From the NCBI GenBank assembly GCA_965249725.1, contig CBDFMQ010000001.1, positions 347,723 to 411,722 of the forward strand: DNA of 64,000 bases. The letters run 5' to 3'. A program made the translations under genes and the position numbers. The notes beneath the pieces were generated by a model. That model was not told the DNA's origin. It worked only from the letters and a program-made list of their open reading frames with translations, and ran no database searches. The stretch is from Longimicrobiales bacterium. Its GTDB lineage: Bacteria; Gemmatimonadota; Gemmatimonadetes; Longimicrobiales; Gaopeijiaceae. This document shows positions 50,101-59,030 of this stretch, piece by piece. The first letter of the stretch is position 1. The number at the start of each line of letters is the position of its first letter.

Positions 50101-51027
50101 GTGCGCCGCACGATCACATCAGCTCTCCTCGCCCTACTGACCGCCTGCACCGTGGGAGCCGGCGAAGAGACCTCCGTCCTTCGCGGCGACGAGGCCGCCG
50201 CCCGCGGTGACCTCGAGGCCGCCCTCGCCGAATACCGCCTCGCCGCCAGCCAGGGCGCGGAAGACGCGCCCAACCTGGCCCGTGTGGCACACACGTACGC
50301 CGAGATGGGCCGCATCGACGAGGCGGGGGATTTCTATCACCGGGCGGTCGCGGAGGACCCGACATACGCCGATCAAGCGGTCTCCGACATGGTGCGGCTG
50401 GCTCGGGCGGCTCAGGACCGGGACGACTTGTTCGGCTTGGCCTCCGCGATGGAGACGGCCATGTCGTTCCGCCCCGGCATCACGATTCAGGACATGGCGC
50501 TCCCCCTGGCTCGTCACTACTTGCGGGCCGGGGAGTACGCCACGGCGTTGCCCTACTATCAGTCGACCATCGCGGGCACGGAGGGGGACACGGTCCCCGA
50601 GGTCCTCTTCGAGGCGGCCTCCGCCTACGATGAGGTCGGCGACTGCCGGCGGGCGCTTATGCACTACGAGCAGCACCGGCGTATGATCCGGCGCTGGCAG
50701 AGGGGCGAGGTGGACTGGAAGATCGGGAGCTGCTCGCTCCGACTCGCCCAGGAACTCCGCCTGGCGAACCAGGAAGAGGAGGCGCTCCAGCACATCGAGC
50801 GGACGATCGCCCTGGGTGAGCCGCGGAGCCTCCAGGCGGTGGCCTACTTCGAGATGGGGGAGAGCCTGTCCGACCTGGGACGCTGCGATGAAGCGATGGA
50901 GGCGTTCCTCCAGGTGCGTCGGGTGGACCAGACGGGGTCGAGCCCCTTGGTGGAGCGTGCGCAGTGGCGCTACGACGAGCTCCGGTTCGTGGGCCCGTCG
51001 CGCGGGAGCCTCGGAGTGGGGTGCTAG
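50101..51027 (+). CDS. Tetratricopeptide-repeat lipoprotein
   Basis: GTG start; RRTITSALLALLTA-C lipobox; repeated TPR-like helices (LA..Y..MG..DEA...Y..A). Confidence 0.75.
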   Translation: MRRTITSALLALLTACTVGAGEETSVLRGDEAAARGDLEAALAEYRLAASQGAEDAPNLARVAHTYAEMGRIDEAGDFYHRAVAEDPTYADQAVSDMVRLARAAQDRDDLFGLASAMETAMSFRPGITIQDMALPLARHYLRAGEYATALPYYQSTIAGTEGDTVPEVLFEAASAYDEVGDCRRALMHYEQHRRMIRRWQRGEVDWKIGSCSLRLAQELRLANQEEEALQHIERTIALGEPRSLQAVAYFEMGESLSDLGRCDEAMEAFLQVRRVDQTGSSPLVERAQWRYDELRFVGPSRGSLGVGC

Positions 51028-51155
51028 ACCGCCGAGCCCCCATCCGTTTTCCCTTGCGTTGTGCGGGATTCTACGGCTAGTGTCAAAGAGGCCCCTAGTC
51101 CGCGTGAGTCCTTGAAGAGCGTCCCGACGAGCGTCAACGAAGAGCGTCAACGATC

Positions 51156-51924
51156 GTGAGCCCCAAGAAGAAGAAGAAGTCCCTCGAGTATCAGCGCCCC
51201 GAGATGGGGCCCGGCTCCGAGTCCGCGACCTCCTCGCTGCGTCAGATCATGGCCCAGGGCGTGGCTGCCTGGGAAAGCGACGACTTCGAGGGCGCCTATG
51301 GGCGCTTCCGGAGCATACTGGACGAACATCCCGAGTTCGCCGACGTGCACAACAAGGCGGGTTTGTGCCTGGCGATGATGGGAGAGATGGAAACGGCCCT
51401 GGCAGAGTTCGACGACGCCCTGGAGCTCAACGGCGGCTACGCCGAGGCCCATCTGAACCGGGCCATCGTCCTGAACGACCTGGGGCGCTTCGAGGACGCG
51501 TCGGCGGCCTTTCACCGTGCCAGCGACCTGGACACGCAGGACTCCAACGTGTTTCCGTCCGATCTCGGTAATCAGCTGGCCGATTCGCATGCCCGAAGCG
51601 GAGATCTCTACCTGGTGGCCAATCGGCCGGAAGAGGCGGCCGAGCAGTACGCGGCGGCCGTATCGGTCCGTCCGCGCTTCGCGGACCTGCGCTTCAAGCT
51701 CGCCGAGGCCTACTTGGACCCTCGACCGTCTCGACGACGTGCGGGACCATCTCGAGGCCATCCTGGAGATGAACCCGTACTTCCACGACGCACGCGTCCG
51801 GCTCGGAGCTTTGCTGCACCGACTGGGTGATCTCGTGGGGGCCCGGAAGGAGTGGGAGGCCTGCGCGGCAGCCCATCCTGACGACCGGCGTGTTCAGGCC
51901 TATCTGGTTGCGTTGGACTCCTAA
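51156..51924 (+). pseudogene. TPR protein with a +1 frameshift near 51720
   Basis: FADVHNKAG, YAEAHLN, FADLRFKLA; TPR pattern resumes in another frame (LDRLDDVRDHLE..LEMNP.F.DARVRLG). Confidence 0.75.
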
Positions 51925-52085
51925 AGACGCTCCTAGAGACACTCCGACCTTCTAGGCTTCGGTCTGCGTGTCGTGCACGCTGGGAAACACGGTCAGTGTT
52001 GTTGCGCCAATTCCCGCCCTTGCCGTGGCACATGGTGCGTGTCTGCCCTTGCCCGATTTCCTGTCTGTTCCTTCGGTGTTGTGGC

Positions 52086-52479
52086 TCAGGTGCCGTCGAT
52101 GGTCAGCGATACGAAATTAGACTCGAAGAGCTTCTTGTCGTCCCGCACTTCGCACCGCTGAAGGCAGTAGAGTTTCCAGTACATCGCCCACGTAGGATGG
52201 TCGGGAGAAAAATGCTCAATGTTCAAGCTCGAGTTCTTCTGCTCTCTGAGCAGTGATGACTTGTCCGTGAGTGCGATTGGACCGCGGATCCAGGAGCTCC
52301 TCAACGACGGCGGTGTATGGAACCGTTGACGAGCCCTTCAAGAGATCCTCGGCCAAAGCACGAGTACGCGCCACAACACGACGGACCGTGTCCGATCTCG
52401 TGATCGTCGCGTCCACCGACCGGTAGTAACGCAGCACAAGTCCCGCAGCGGCCTGGAAGGCGTCATGTCCGACACGTGT
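52086..52479 (-). pseudogene. C-terminal fragment resembling an SDH/ClpP-fold serine peptidase, frameshifted
   Basis: ...ELL....THGQVI...AEEL(G)LNIE....HPTW..YWKLY...LFES spans two frames; no 5' part. Confidence 0.45.
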
Positions 52480-53742
52480 TTACCGGGACCGGTCGGGACC
52501 TCCTCTCCGTGTATAAGCCTCTTCTGGATAGACGTAACCGGGATCCAGGGTGGTCCCGTCCTCTGGCATGATTCGCAGGAGGTTGTCCCGGGCCACTTTC
52601 TCTGCAGCGCCAGTGGTCAATCTCGATAGGAGCCGATCGTACCGGCGGACAGTATCCTCGTACCCTTCGTAGCGCCCAACCGCATCTGATCCAATCACGA
52701 AGTTGTCGGGGTATTGCTCAATCAATCCCGTCCACGCACTCAGGTCCTCTAGCACGTAGTCCTCGTAGACCACCCAGGATAGGTCAATGTAGACGTGGTT
52801 TCTGTGAGTCGCGAGTACCGACGCCAGAACTACTGGAAGAGAATCGACGACTATGCGACGGCTGATGCCGGCATGGCACCAGATGAAGGTCGTGTTAGAG
52901 AACTCATTGAACGCATGCAGCAGCTCCGGAAGATAGTCGGTGTCCCTCGCCTCTCCTTGCGGGGAGATGGGGGCAACGTTGTGGTGAATGCTCACGGGTA
53001 GACCGACTCGGCCAGCGAAGTCGAAGATGCGGAACAGTGCCGGGTGATCCGCGTGAGGACGCTCACCGGTCGTCAGGTTGGTCAAGTCATCGTGGCGAGA
53101 CATCACCTCGCCGATTCCCTTGAACACACCGGGGAATTCCTTAATGCGCTTTACGATCATGTCCACCGCACCGAGGTCTGTCCCGTCGAATCCGGAGACA
53201 AACGGGAACAGCCGTTCGAGCTGAGCCGCCGCCCCGTGTACTCGGCGGTAGTCTTCGATCGCTAGTGCTAGGACATAATCAGTGTCTCGCGCTCGCACGA
53301 CGCGGGAACTGCTATCCAGGTAATACGTTGGCCGGGAGGGGTCACCCACCGCCCATTTCTTGAGAAAGGGCATACCCGTGATGACCGCGTGGCTCACGTT
53401 GGCCTGGTCCATGGCCCACAGCACCGCCTCGATACGCCGGCCCCGTTCGCCAGCGGGCAGAGTGTTGGCCGGAGAGCTGTAGACTAGCCTCCCATCGACG
53501 AGGTATTCGCCGTTCTGTAGAAAGTCCAGGATATGGAGGTGGGAATCGGCCGTGAGGGGAACCTGCACCGTCGGACTCACAGGCACGGGCGCCGAGGGCC
53601 TGGGAGGGCCATGCTGGGTTTGAGTTGCGCACGCCACCAACGTCGGCAACACCGTGACCATCAGTCCCACCGCGCGCAACGGACACGATTGAACTCCCTG
53701 GCCAGTGCCCAAAGCCAACCTACGTCCAGCAACTTCGATCAC
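52480..53742 (-). CDS. Amidohydrolase family protein (TIM barrel), possible lipoprotein; start uncertain
   Basis: DSHLH, GIGEVMSRHDDL, IHHN, WCHAG, IGSD metal-site pattern; LVAC lipobox-like motif. Confidence 0.82.
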   Translation of the reverse strand: MIEVAGRRLALGTGQGVQSCPLRAVGLMVTVLPTLVACATQTQHGPPRPSAPVPVSPTVQVPLTADSHLHILDFLQNGEYLVDGRLVYSSPANTLPAGERGRRIEAVLWAMDQANVSHAVITGMPFLKKWAVGDPSRPTYYLDSSSRVVRARDTDYVLALAIEDYRRVHGAAAQLERLFPFVSGFDGTDLGAVDMIVKRIKEFPGVFKGIGEVMSRHDDLTNLTTGERPHADHPALFRIFDFAGRVGLPVSIHHNVAPISPQGEARDTDYLPELLHAFNEFSNTTFIWCHAGISRRIVVDSLPVVLASVLATHRNHVYIDLSWVVYEDYVLEDLSAWTGLIEQYPDNFVIGSDAVGRYEGYEDTVRRYDRLLSRLTTGAAEKVARDNLLRIMPEDGTTLDPGYVYPEEAYTRRGGPDRSR

Positions 53743-53781
53743 GAGCCGACCTCCTAGCGTCGCTTCAGATTCGCCGCGAAC

Positions 53782-53934
53782 ACGGGAGAAAAGATAGCCA
53801 CCGTCCAGAGGGGAAAGATAGCGCGCCGCAAGCTGAGTCTGCTACAGCTGGCCCAGGAGTTCGGCAAGGTGAGCAAGGCGTGCAAGATCGTGGGCTACAA
53901 CAGCCGGCAGCAGTTCTACGAGATCAGGAGGAAC
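53782..53934 (+). mobile_element. IS481-family transposase N-terminal remnant
   Basis: Manual translation KIARRKLSLLQLAQEFGKVSKACKIVGY.SRQQFYEIRRN. Confidence 0.75.
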
Positions 53935-53939
53935 ACGCT

Positions 53940-54125
53940 AAGCTTCCGTGCGGGCGGAAGTTGTTGTAGTCGGCCCGCCAGTGATCGAGGACCCGCTGGG
54001 CGTCCTCGAGAATGATGAACCAGTGTTGCCGAGAGGCACTCACGCCGAAGCAGCGAGTTGAACGCCTCGATATGGGCGTTGTCGGTCGGCTTGCCCGGTC
54101 GGCTGAAGGCGAGCCGTATTCGGTT
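53940..54125 (-). mobile_element. IS3-family transposase C-terminal remnant (frameshifted)
   Basis: FSRPGKPTDNAHIEAFN..LR.ECL / HWF..LEDAQ....WR.DYN..RPHGSL. Confidence 0.8.
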
Positions 54126-54174
54126 CCCAAGGGGTGTGGGGTGTGATGCGCCCTCCGAGTTCATCGTGGTTTGA

Positions 54175-54351
54175 TCAGAGGTCTACGCTGAGGCCAGTGC
54201 GAAGATTGAAGTCACCGTTCGAGAGGCCCTCCGGCGGGCGTGAGTCCCGTCGCCACTCAAGTGAGACCGTCGCCCGGAGAGTATCTGTGAGCAGTATCGA
54301 ACCGCTCAGCTCGTTCAGAACCCTGGCATCCCCCAAATCCGTCAGTTCAGG
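54175..54351 (-). pseudogene. C-terminal fragment of an outer-membrane beta-barrel (DUF481-like)
   Basis: P.LTDLGD.RVLNE....L....VSLEW.RDSRPP.GL...D....TGLSVDL*. Confidence 0.45.
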
Positions 54352-54502
54352 GGTCGTCATGTCGTTCTCCCGAAAGGTTCGGATGTTGTGAAAAAACGAT
54401 TCCTAAACCCTTCCGGGAGCGGCGTGGCCACCGCCGCCGCGCCCGACTCTTAACGGTCGCGCGCCGGCGGCCTAACTGTCAGGTGATGACCGTATCAATA
54501 CA
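54352..54502 (-). mobile_element. Left end of an IS481-family element (IR, leader, first codons)
   Basis: Minus strand begins TGTATTGATACGGTCATCACCTGACA, then GGAG RBS and ATG ACG ACC (MTT). Confidence 0.6.
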
Positions 54503-54599
54503 CCTTGGTCCTTACACCTTGGTCCTTTGGCGTCCCGGGCGTTCGCCCGGCGCACGCTTTGCTCTTGCTCCACGGGGAAGCGGTTGCGATAGTCGGGGC

Positions 54600-54989
54600 A
54601 TGGAGACGAGGGGATTCATCCGGCGCCGCAGTTTCTGGCTGCTCGCGCTGCTGTGGCTGCCGGCCGGTGTCATGGCGACTGCGGCGGTGCGCTTCGGACC
54701 GGGGACGGGATCGGTGCCGCCCGGCATGTGGGTAATGGCGATGCTGATGTCGGGGGGAGGGCTGGTGTTCGTCTCGCCCTGCGGCCTGCCGCTGGCGCTG
54801 GGTTGCCGGCGGCTCTGGCATCTGGGCTACCGCCGCGGCGCCTGGTGGGCGGGCATCGGGCTCGGTGCTGTCACGGTGGCGGCGTCGCTGTTGGCGGGGC
54901 TGCTCGGGCCGCTGGCGATCGCGATCTATGCGGCCGTGATCAGCCTGCCGGTGTGGATCGCCTGGTGGTGGTTGGCGCGCCGGAGTTGA
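54600..54989 (+). CDS. Hypothetical small membrane protein
   Basis: 129 aa; about four hydrophobic segments; high-GC codon pattern. Confidence 0.65.
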   Translation: METRGFIRRRSFWLLALLWLPAGVMATAAVRFGPGTGSVPPGMWVMAMLMSGGGLVFVSPCGLPLALGCRRLWHLGYRRGAWWAGIGLGAVTVAASLLAGLLGPLAIAIYAAVISLPVWIAWWWLARRS

Positions 54990-55410
54990 TAACCGACGAC
55001 GGCTGCAGGCTGGCGGTCACGACCGACCTGCCCGAACGCGGATTCACCAGGAATTGGAAGTGAACGTTGCCATGGGTGACTGGTCCACGAGAATCCCGAC
55101 ATCCTGTTGGAGGCGCAGCGTAGCGCACGCGGCAGATGATCGAACGGCACAGTCCCAATAGCCGCGCTTTCCAGACTGATGCGCAGCCCCGACCTGCAAA
55201 AAGGGTTCAGGGTACTGCGTGATCGCAATAAGCTTGATATGACGTTCGAGAAGTTGATTGTTCGCCATGCCGAGCTCTGATGGTCGGCGACCGGATCGTG
55301 GGGGCAGTCGGGTGCAGTGGGGCCATGGGCTCTCAGGAATCAAGCGGCCTGCCAGGCGGGCGCGGATACGATGCAGTAGAAGTCAACGCCGAAAAGGTGG
55401 CTGGCCGGTA

Positions 55411-55569
55411 GCTGGGTCGTGCGTGGCTGCCCGAGCACCCGGCACGCAGTGCAGTGATGATCTGCTCCGGAGTGTGTCGCTTCCTTCCCATCCTGACCTC
55501 CTCGCTGAAAAGCTTCAGACCAGGTCGATCCTAACATTGCTCCTGGTCTCGTTTCAGGGGGTCAGGTCA
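55411..55569 (-). mobile_element. Internally deleted copy of the IS3 element at 56633-57901
   Basis: 55445-55569 is the reverse complement of 56633-56757 (IRL and orfA start); 55411-55447 matches about 57054-57090. Confidence 0.9.
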
Positions 55570-55686
55570 CTCGCAAGAGGAGGAGAACATCGAAGGAGAC
55601 GACGACGACTTAGAGGCCCGTCACCTCCCCCCGATGTGTGACATTTTCAACCGCCACATGTGTGACATTTTCAACCGGCGTTGACA
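55570..55686 (+). mobile_element. Terminal remnant of an IS21-family element
   Basis: Tandem atgtgtgacattttcaaccg repeats ending ...GGCGTTGACA, the multi-repeat IR style of IS21; preceded by an istB-like tail RRRTSKETTTT*. Confidence 0.6.
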
Positions 55687-56207
55687 GTCATGGAAGGATT
55701 CGCGTAACGGTACAAGGGCCAGCTCAGAGTTTTCAGGAGGGGACTGGTCAAATGATGCGGGGGGGCACGAGAGAGCCGCAACCCTCGTCACAGATCCGCA
55801 TGAGCCGGCCTGAACGGGCCAGGCGGGAGAGGGCCTGCCCCACCGCGCCCCTTTTGGGCGAGGTGAAGCAGGGCGGCCGGGCAGATCGGCGTGGCCTCGG
55901 CGTGTTCCATGATGCGCTCGGGCAGGCTCTTCATGACTTTCTCTCCGCGTCACGAATCGAGCAACCAATATCGCGGGGTTCTCACCGGAGCAATCGAGCC
56001 TCCTGCGGGTCAGTGCCCTCCGATGCACACCGCCGCGCTCGGGTTCCGCCGGGCGCGACGCTTTGCCCAGACCGGCCTCCCGGTCGCGCTACGTCCCGTG
56101 ACCAAGCTTCCAGCGAGCCATGTGGGGGCGGTGGCGCTGGCGGCGGTGTCCAACAGCTCGCGTACCGTACTGAACATCTCTGAACATTACAAGCAGTTAG
56201 GACGTTT

Positions 56208-56632
56208 GGTAGTGGGTCAGTTTGAATCAAACAAAATCCGGCGGCAGTAATTCCTCGATCTTCCAGACGCGATCCGTCAGACCGGCTGCCTTGGCCGGAG
56301 TCGTTTTAATTCCCCTCCTCTCCCTGGTCAACGTCGTGTGCGCTTTGCAGAAATTATAGTACATAAAGTGAAGCGCCACGGCGTACTCGTGGAATGCGAT
56401 CTTCTTTGAGAAAGCGTTCGTCAGCCGCGTGAACCGGCGGGAGTGCATCCGTAGCGTGAGGTTCGAGCGCTCGACGTGGGACGTGCAAGTATCCTCCATG
56501 ACGGGGTTGCCCATCACCCTCGACTTCTCGGCCCCGAGGCACACGGGCGGGCTGTACCGGCGCCGCCCCTCTGAAGTCTGGCCGTATGTTTTCACCATCC
56601 TGCCATAGTCCGCCCCACCCCATCCGAACGCC
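56208..56632 (-). mobile_element. IS1-family element 3' remnant (transposase C-terminus plus IR)
   Basis: RYSP, TSHVERSNLT.RM..RRFTRLTNAFSKK, YNF, TPA.AAGL; IR GGTAGTGGGTCAGTTTGAA at 56208. Confidence 0.8.
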
Positions 56633-56710
56633 TGACCTGACCCCCTGAAACGAGACCAGGAGCAATGTTAGGATCGACCTGGTCTGAAGCTTTTCAGCGA
56701 GGAGGTCAGG

Positions 56711-56988
56711 ATGGGAAGGAAGCGACACACTCCGGAGCAGATCATCACTGCACTGCGGGAGGCAGAGGTGGGTCTGGCCCGCGGCAAATCCGTGAAGCTG
56801 ATCAGCCGGGAGCTGGGCATCACCGAGCAGACGTACTACCGGTGGAGGCGGGAGTACGGCGGGATGAAGGTGAGCCAGGCACGCGCCTGAAGGAGCTCGA
56901 GCGCGAGAACGGGCGCCTGAAGCGAGCAGTGGCGGACTTGACACTGGACAAGCTGATCCTGGAGGAAGCGGCCGAGGGAAACTTCTGA
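56711..56988 (+). pseudogene. IS3 OrfA with a 1-nt deletion near 56885
   Basis: MGRKRHTPEQII..LREAE...TYYRWRREYGG, premature TGA; RLKELERENGRLK...EGNF continues in another frame. Confidence 0.8.
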
Positions 56989-57011
56989 GCCCCGAGCGCC
57001 GACGACGTTGT

Positions 57012-57872
57012 GTGGTGCGTGTACGTCAGCAGCTCGGGGCGTCGGAGAGGAGAGCGTGCCGGGTGCTCGGGCAGCCACGCACGACCCAGCGCCGGGCGAG
57101 GAAAGTGGCGAGTGACGAGGGGGCGCTCCGAGGTGATATCGTGCGACTCGCGAGTCGATTCGGCCGCTACGGCTACCGACGCGTCACGGACATGCTCCGC
57201 ATCGAGGGCTGGGGGGTGAACCACAAGCGGGTGGAGCGGATCTGGAGGCAGGAGGGGCTGAAGGTCCCGCAGCGGCAGCCGAAGCGAGGTCGGCTGTGGC
57301 TCAACGACGGATCGTGCATCCGGCTGAGGCCGCTGTATCGGGGCCACGTCTGGTCGTACGACTTCGTGGCCTCGAGGACGCACGACGGGCGTGCGCTGAA
57401 GCTGCTGACAGTGCTGGACGAGCACACGAGGGAGTGCCTGGCGATCGTGGCGGCTCGCAAGATCCGCTCGCACGACGTGCTCGAGGTGCTGGCCGATCTG
57501 TTCGTCCGACACGGGCCTCCCGAGTATCTGAGGTCGGACAACGGACCGGAGTTCACCGCGAAGCTCGTGCGGCGGTGGTTGGGGCGCGTGGGCGTCGAGA
57601 TGCTCTTTATCGAGCCGGGCAGCCCGTGGGAGAACGGCTACAACGAGAGCTTCAACGGCAAGCTCAGGGACGAGCTGTTGAACGGGGAGATCTTCTACTC
57701 GTTGGCGCAGGCGGCCGTGCTGGTCGAGCAATGGAGGCGCGAGTACAATACCGTCCGACCCCACAGCGCCTGCGGCGCCTTTCCCCCGGCCCCTGAGGCG
57801 ATTAAGCCGTCGCCCTGGTTCCTGAGGATGCCCGTCCTTCACGGCCCTCCACAGGTGCTGGGACTAACATAG
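57012..57872 (+). CDS. IS3-family transposase OrfB
   Basis: RYGYRR, VWSYDF, DEHTREC, RSDNGPEF, PGSPWENGY.ESFNGKLRDE, YNTVRPHS. Confidence 0.93.
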   Translation: MVRVRQQLGASERRACRVLGQPRTTQRRARKVASDEGALRGDIVRLASRFGRYGYRRVTDMLRIEGWGVNHKRVERIWRQEGLKVPQRQPKRGRLWLNDGSCIRLRPLYRGHVWSYDFVASRTHDGRALKLLTVLDEHTRECLAIVAARKIRSHDVLEVLADLFVRHGPPEYLRSDNGPEFTAKLVRRWLGRVGVEMLFIEPGSPWENGYNESFNGKLRDELLNGEIFYSLAQAAVLVEQWRREYNTVRPHSACGAFPPAPEAIKPSPWFLRMPVLHGPPQVLGLT

Positions 57873-57901
57873 GATGTGGTACCACTCTTGGGGGCAGGTC
57901 A

Positions 57902-58798
57902 ATGAGGTTGAAGCGAAAGGTGAACTCGTCCAGATAGTAGGGGAGGTGTTCGCGGGCGATCCCTCCTTGGAGGGTTCCGAGGACCCAGCGCTTGAGGAGA
58001 GACGCCACCCGATGTACGGCCGACATGAGCACGTGCGCGGGATCGCCGGAGGTCGAGAGGTTCGTGACCGTGTGGCGAAAGCCCAGTTTGGCGAGTCCCT
58101 GATAGCTTGGCCATCCGTCGGTATGCACCGTGCTTGCCGGTGCGATGCTATCCTTGACGAAGCCTCGCAGAACCGGAGCGGAGAGGTCGGGCACCCAACG
58201 CAGCCGTATTCTCCCGATCTTGCGTCCGTCGACCTCGGCGGCGATCGCGACGATGGCCTTCTTGATCGTCTCGCGGCCCCGCACTCCAGCCTCCACGCCC
58301 CCGACATTAGCTCTCGTCCACTTGCACAACGCCGCTCAGCTGGTCGCGATCCGGTCGGACCATGGCCCGGCGGAGCTTGTGGAGCCAGACCCACGCTGTC
58401 TTGTAGCTTCCCAGTCCGAGCACACGCTGGAGCCCGAGAGCATTGGCTCCGTATTTCTGGCTCGTGAGCTCCCAGGCAGCGAGAAACCACAGACGCAGGG
58501 GCGAGCGCGTGCGGTGGAACACGGTTCCCGCCAGCACCGAGGTCTGCCTTCGACAGTGTGGGCAGACGAGACGCCCCCGCGATGCTCGCCAGACCTCTCC
58601 CAACCCGCCACAGCCCACGCACACAAACCCTTCCGGCCAGCGCAGACCCTCCACGTACTCCAGGCATGCCGCATCGTCGGGGAAGAACTCGTCCAGCTCC
58701 AGCCGCGTACGGGGATAGTCCACGCCGCCACGGAGCTGAGAAGCCGGAACCGCCATGACCACAACATGTAGTGGGCGGTGGACTTAAGGCAATACCCC
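57902..58798 (-). mobile_element. IS1595-family element, frameshifted (58308) and 3'-truncated by IS3
   Basis: RWPEGF.C..C...C..C zinc ribbon, AGTVF, SYKTAW..LHKLR, VDE/VGG, HTDGW.SY, YLDEFTFRFN; left end GGGGTATTGCCTTAAGTCC. Confidence 0.88.
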
Positions 58799-59030
58799 AT
58801 TGAATAATTTACGAAATCCGGACCGTCTCGTAGAGGCGGAAGTGCGATTGTCGCCGATTTCTTCTTTTCCGATCCAGCAAATGCGAGGCGGAAGCGTTGT
58901 TGAGCGCGTTTCCTCCTTTCACGTCAAAAGAGCTCCACGTCCGACCTGGGAGCCAGTATATCCGGATCGTCGTTCCGGACGCGGTTAACCCTGGTGCTGA
59001 CCGGTTCACCCACTGCTCGGGGTCAGCTCC

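Larger units (their letters stand above)
56633..57901 (+). mobile_element. IS3-family (IS407-like) insertion sequence, full length
   Basis: IRL TGACCTGACCCCCTGAAAC...; IRR ...CTTGGGGGCAGGTCA; orfA/orfB with GGGAAAC frameshift site; no target duplication. Confidence 0.92.

Noticed and set aside
54990..55410. Short ORFs between the membrane protein and the IS remnant
   Set aside because: No recognisable motif or consistent frame; cannot be supported as a gene
55690..56207. ORFs 55638-56183 and 55891-56250
   Set aside because: The first starts inside an IS terminal repeat; both have low-information translations and are probably decayed DNA
58300..58315. Programmed readthrough or frameshift in the IS1595 transposase
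   Set aside because: AGC TAA TGT is best explained as one extra A in AGC TAT GTC (SYV); IS1595 transposases are normally single ORFs
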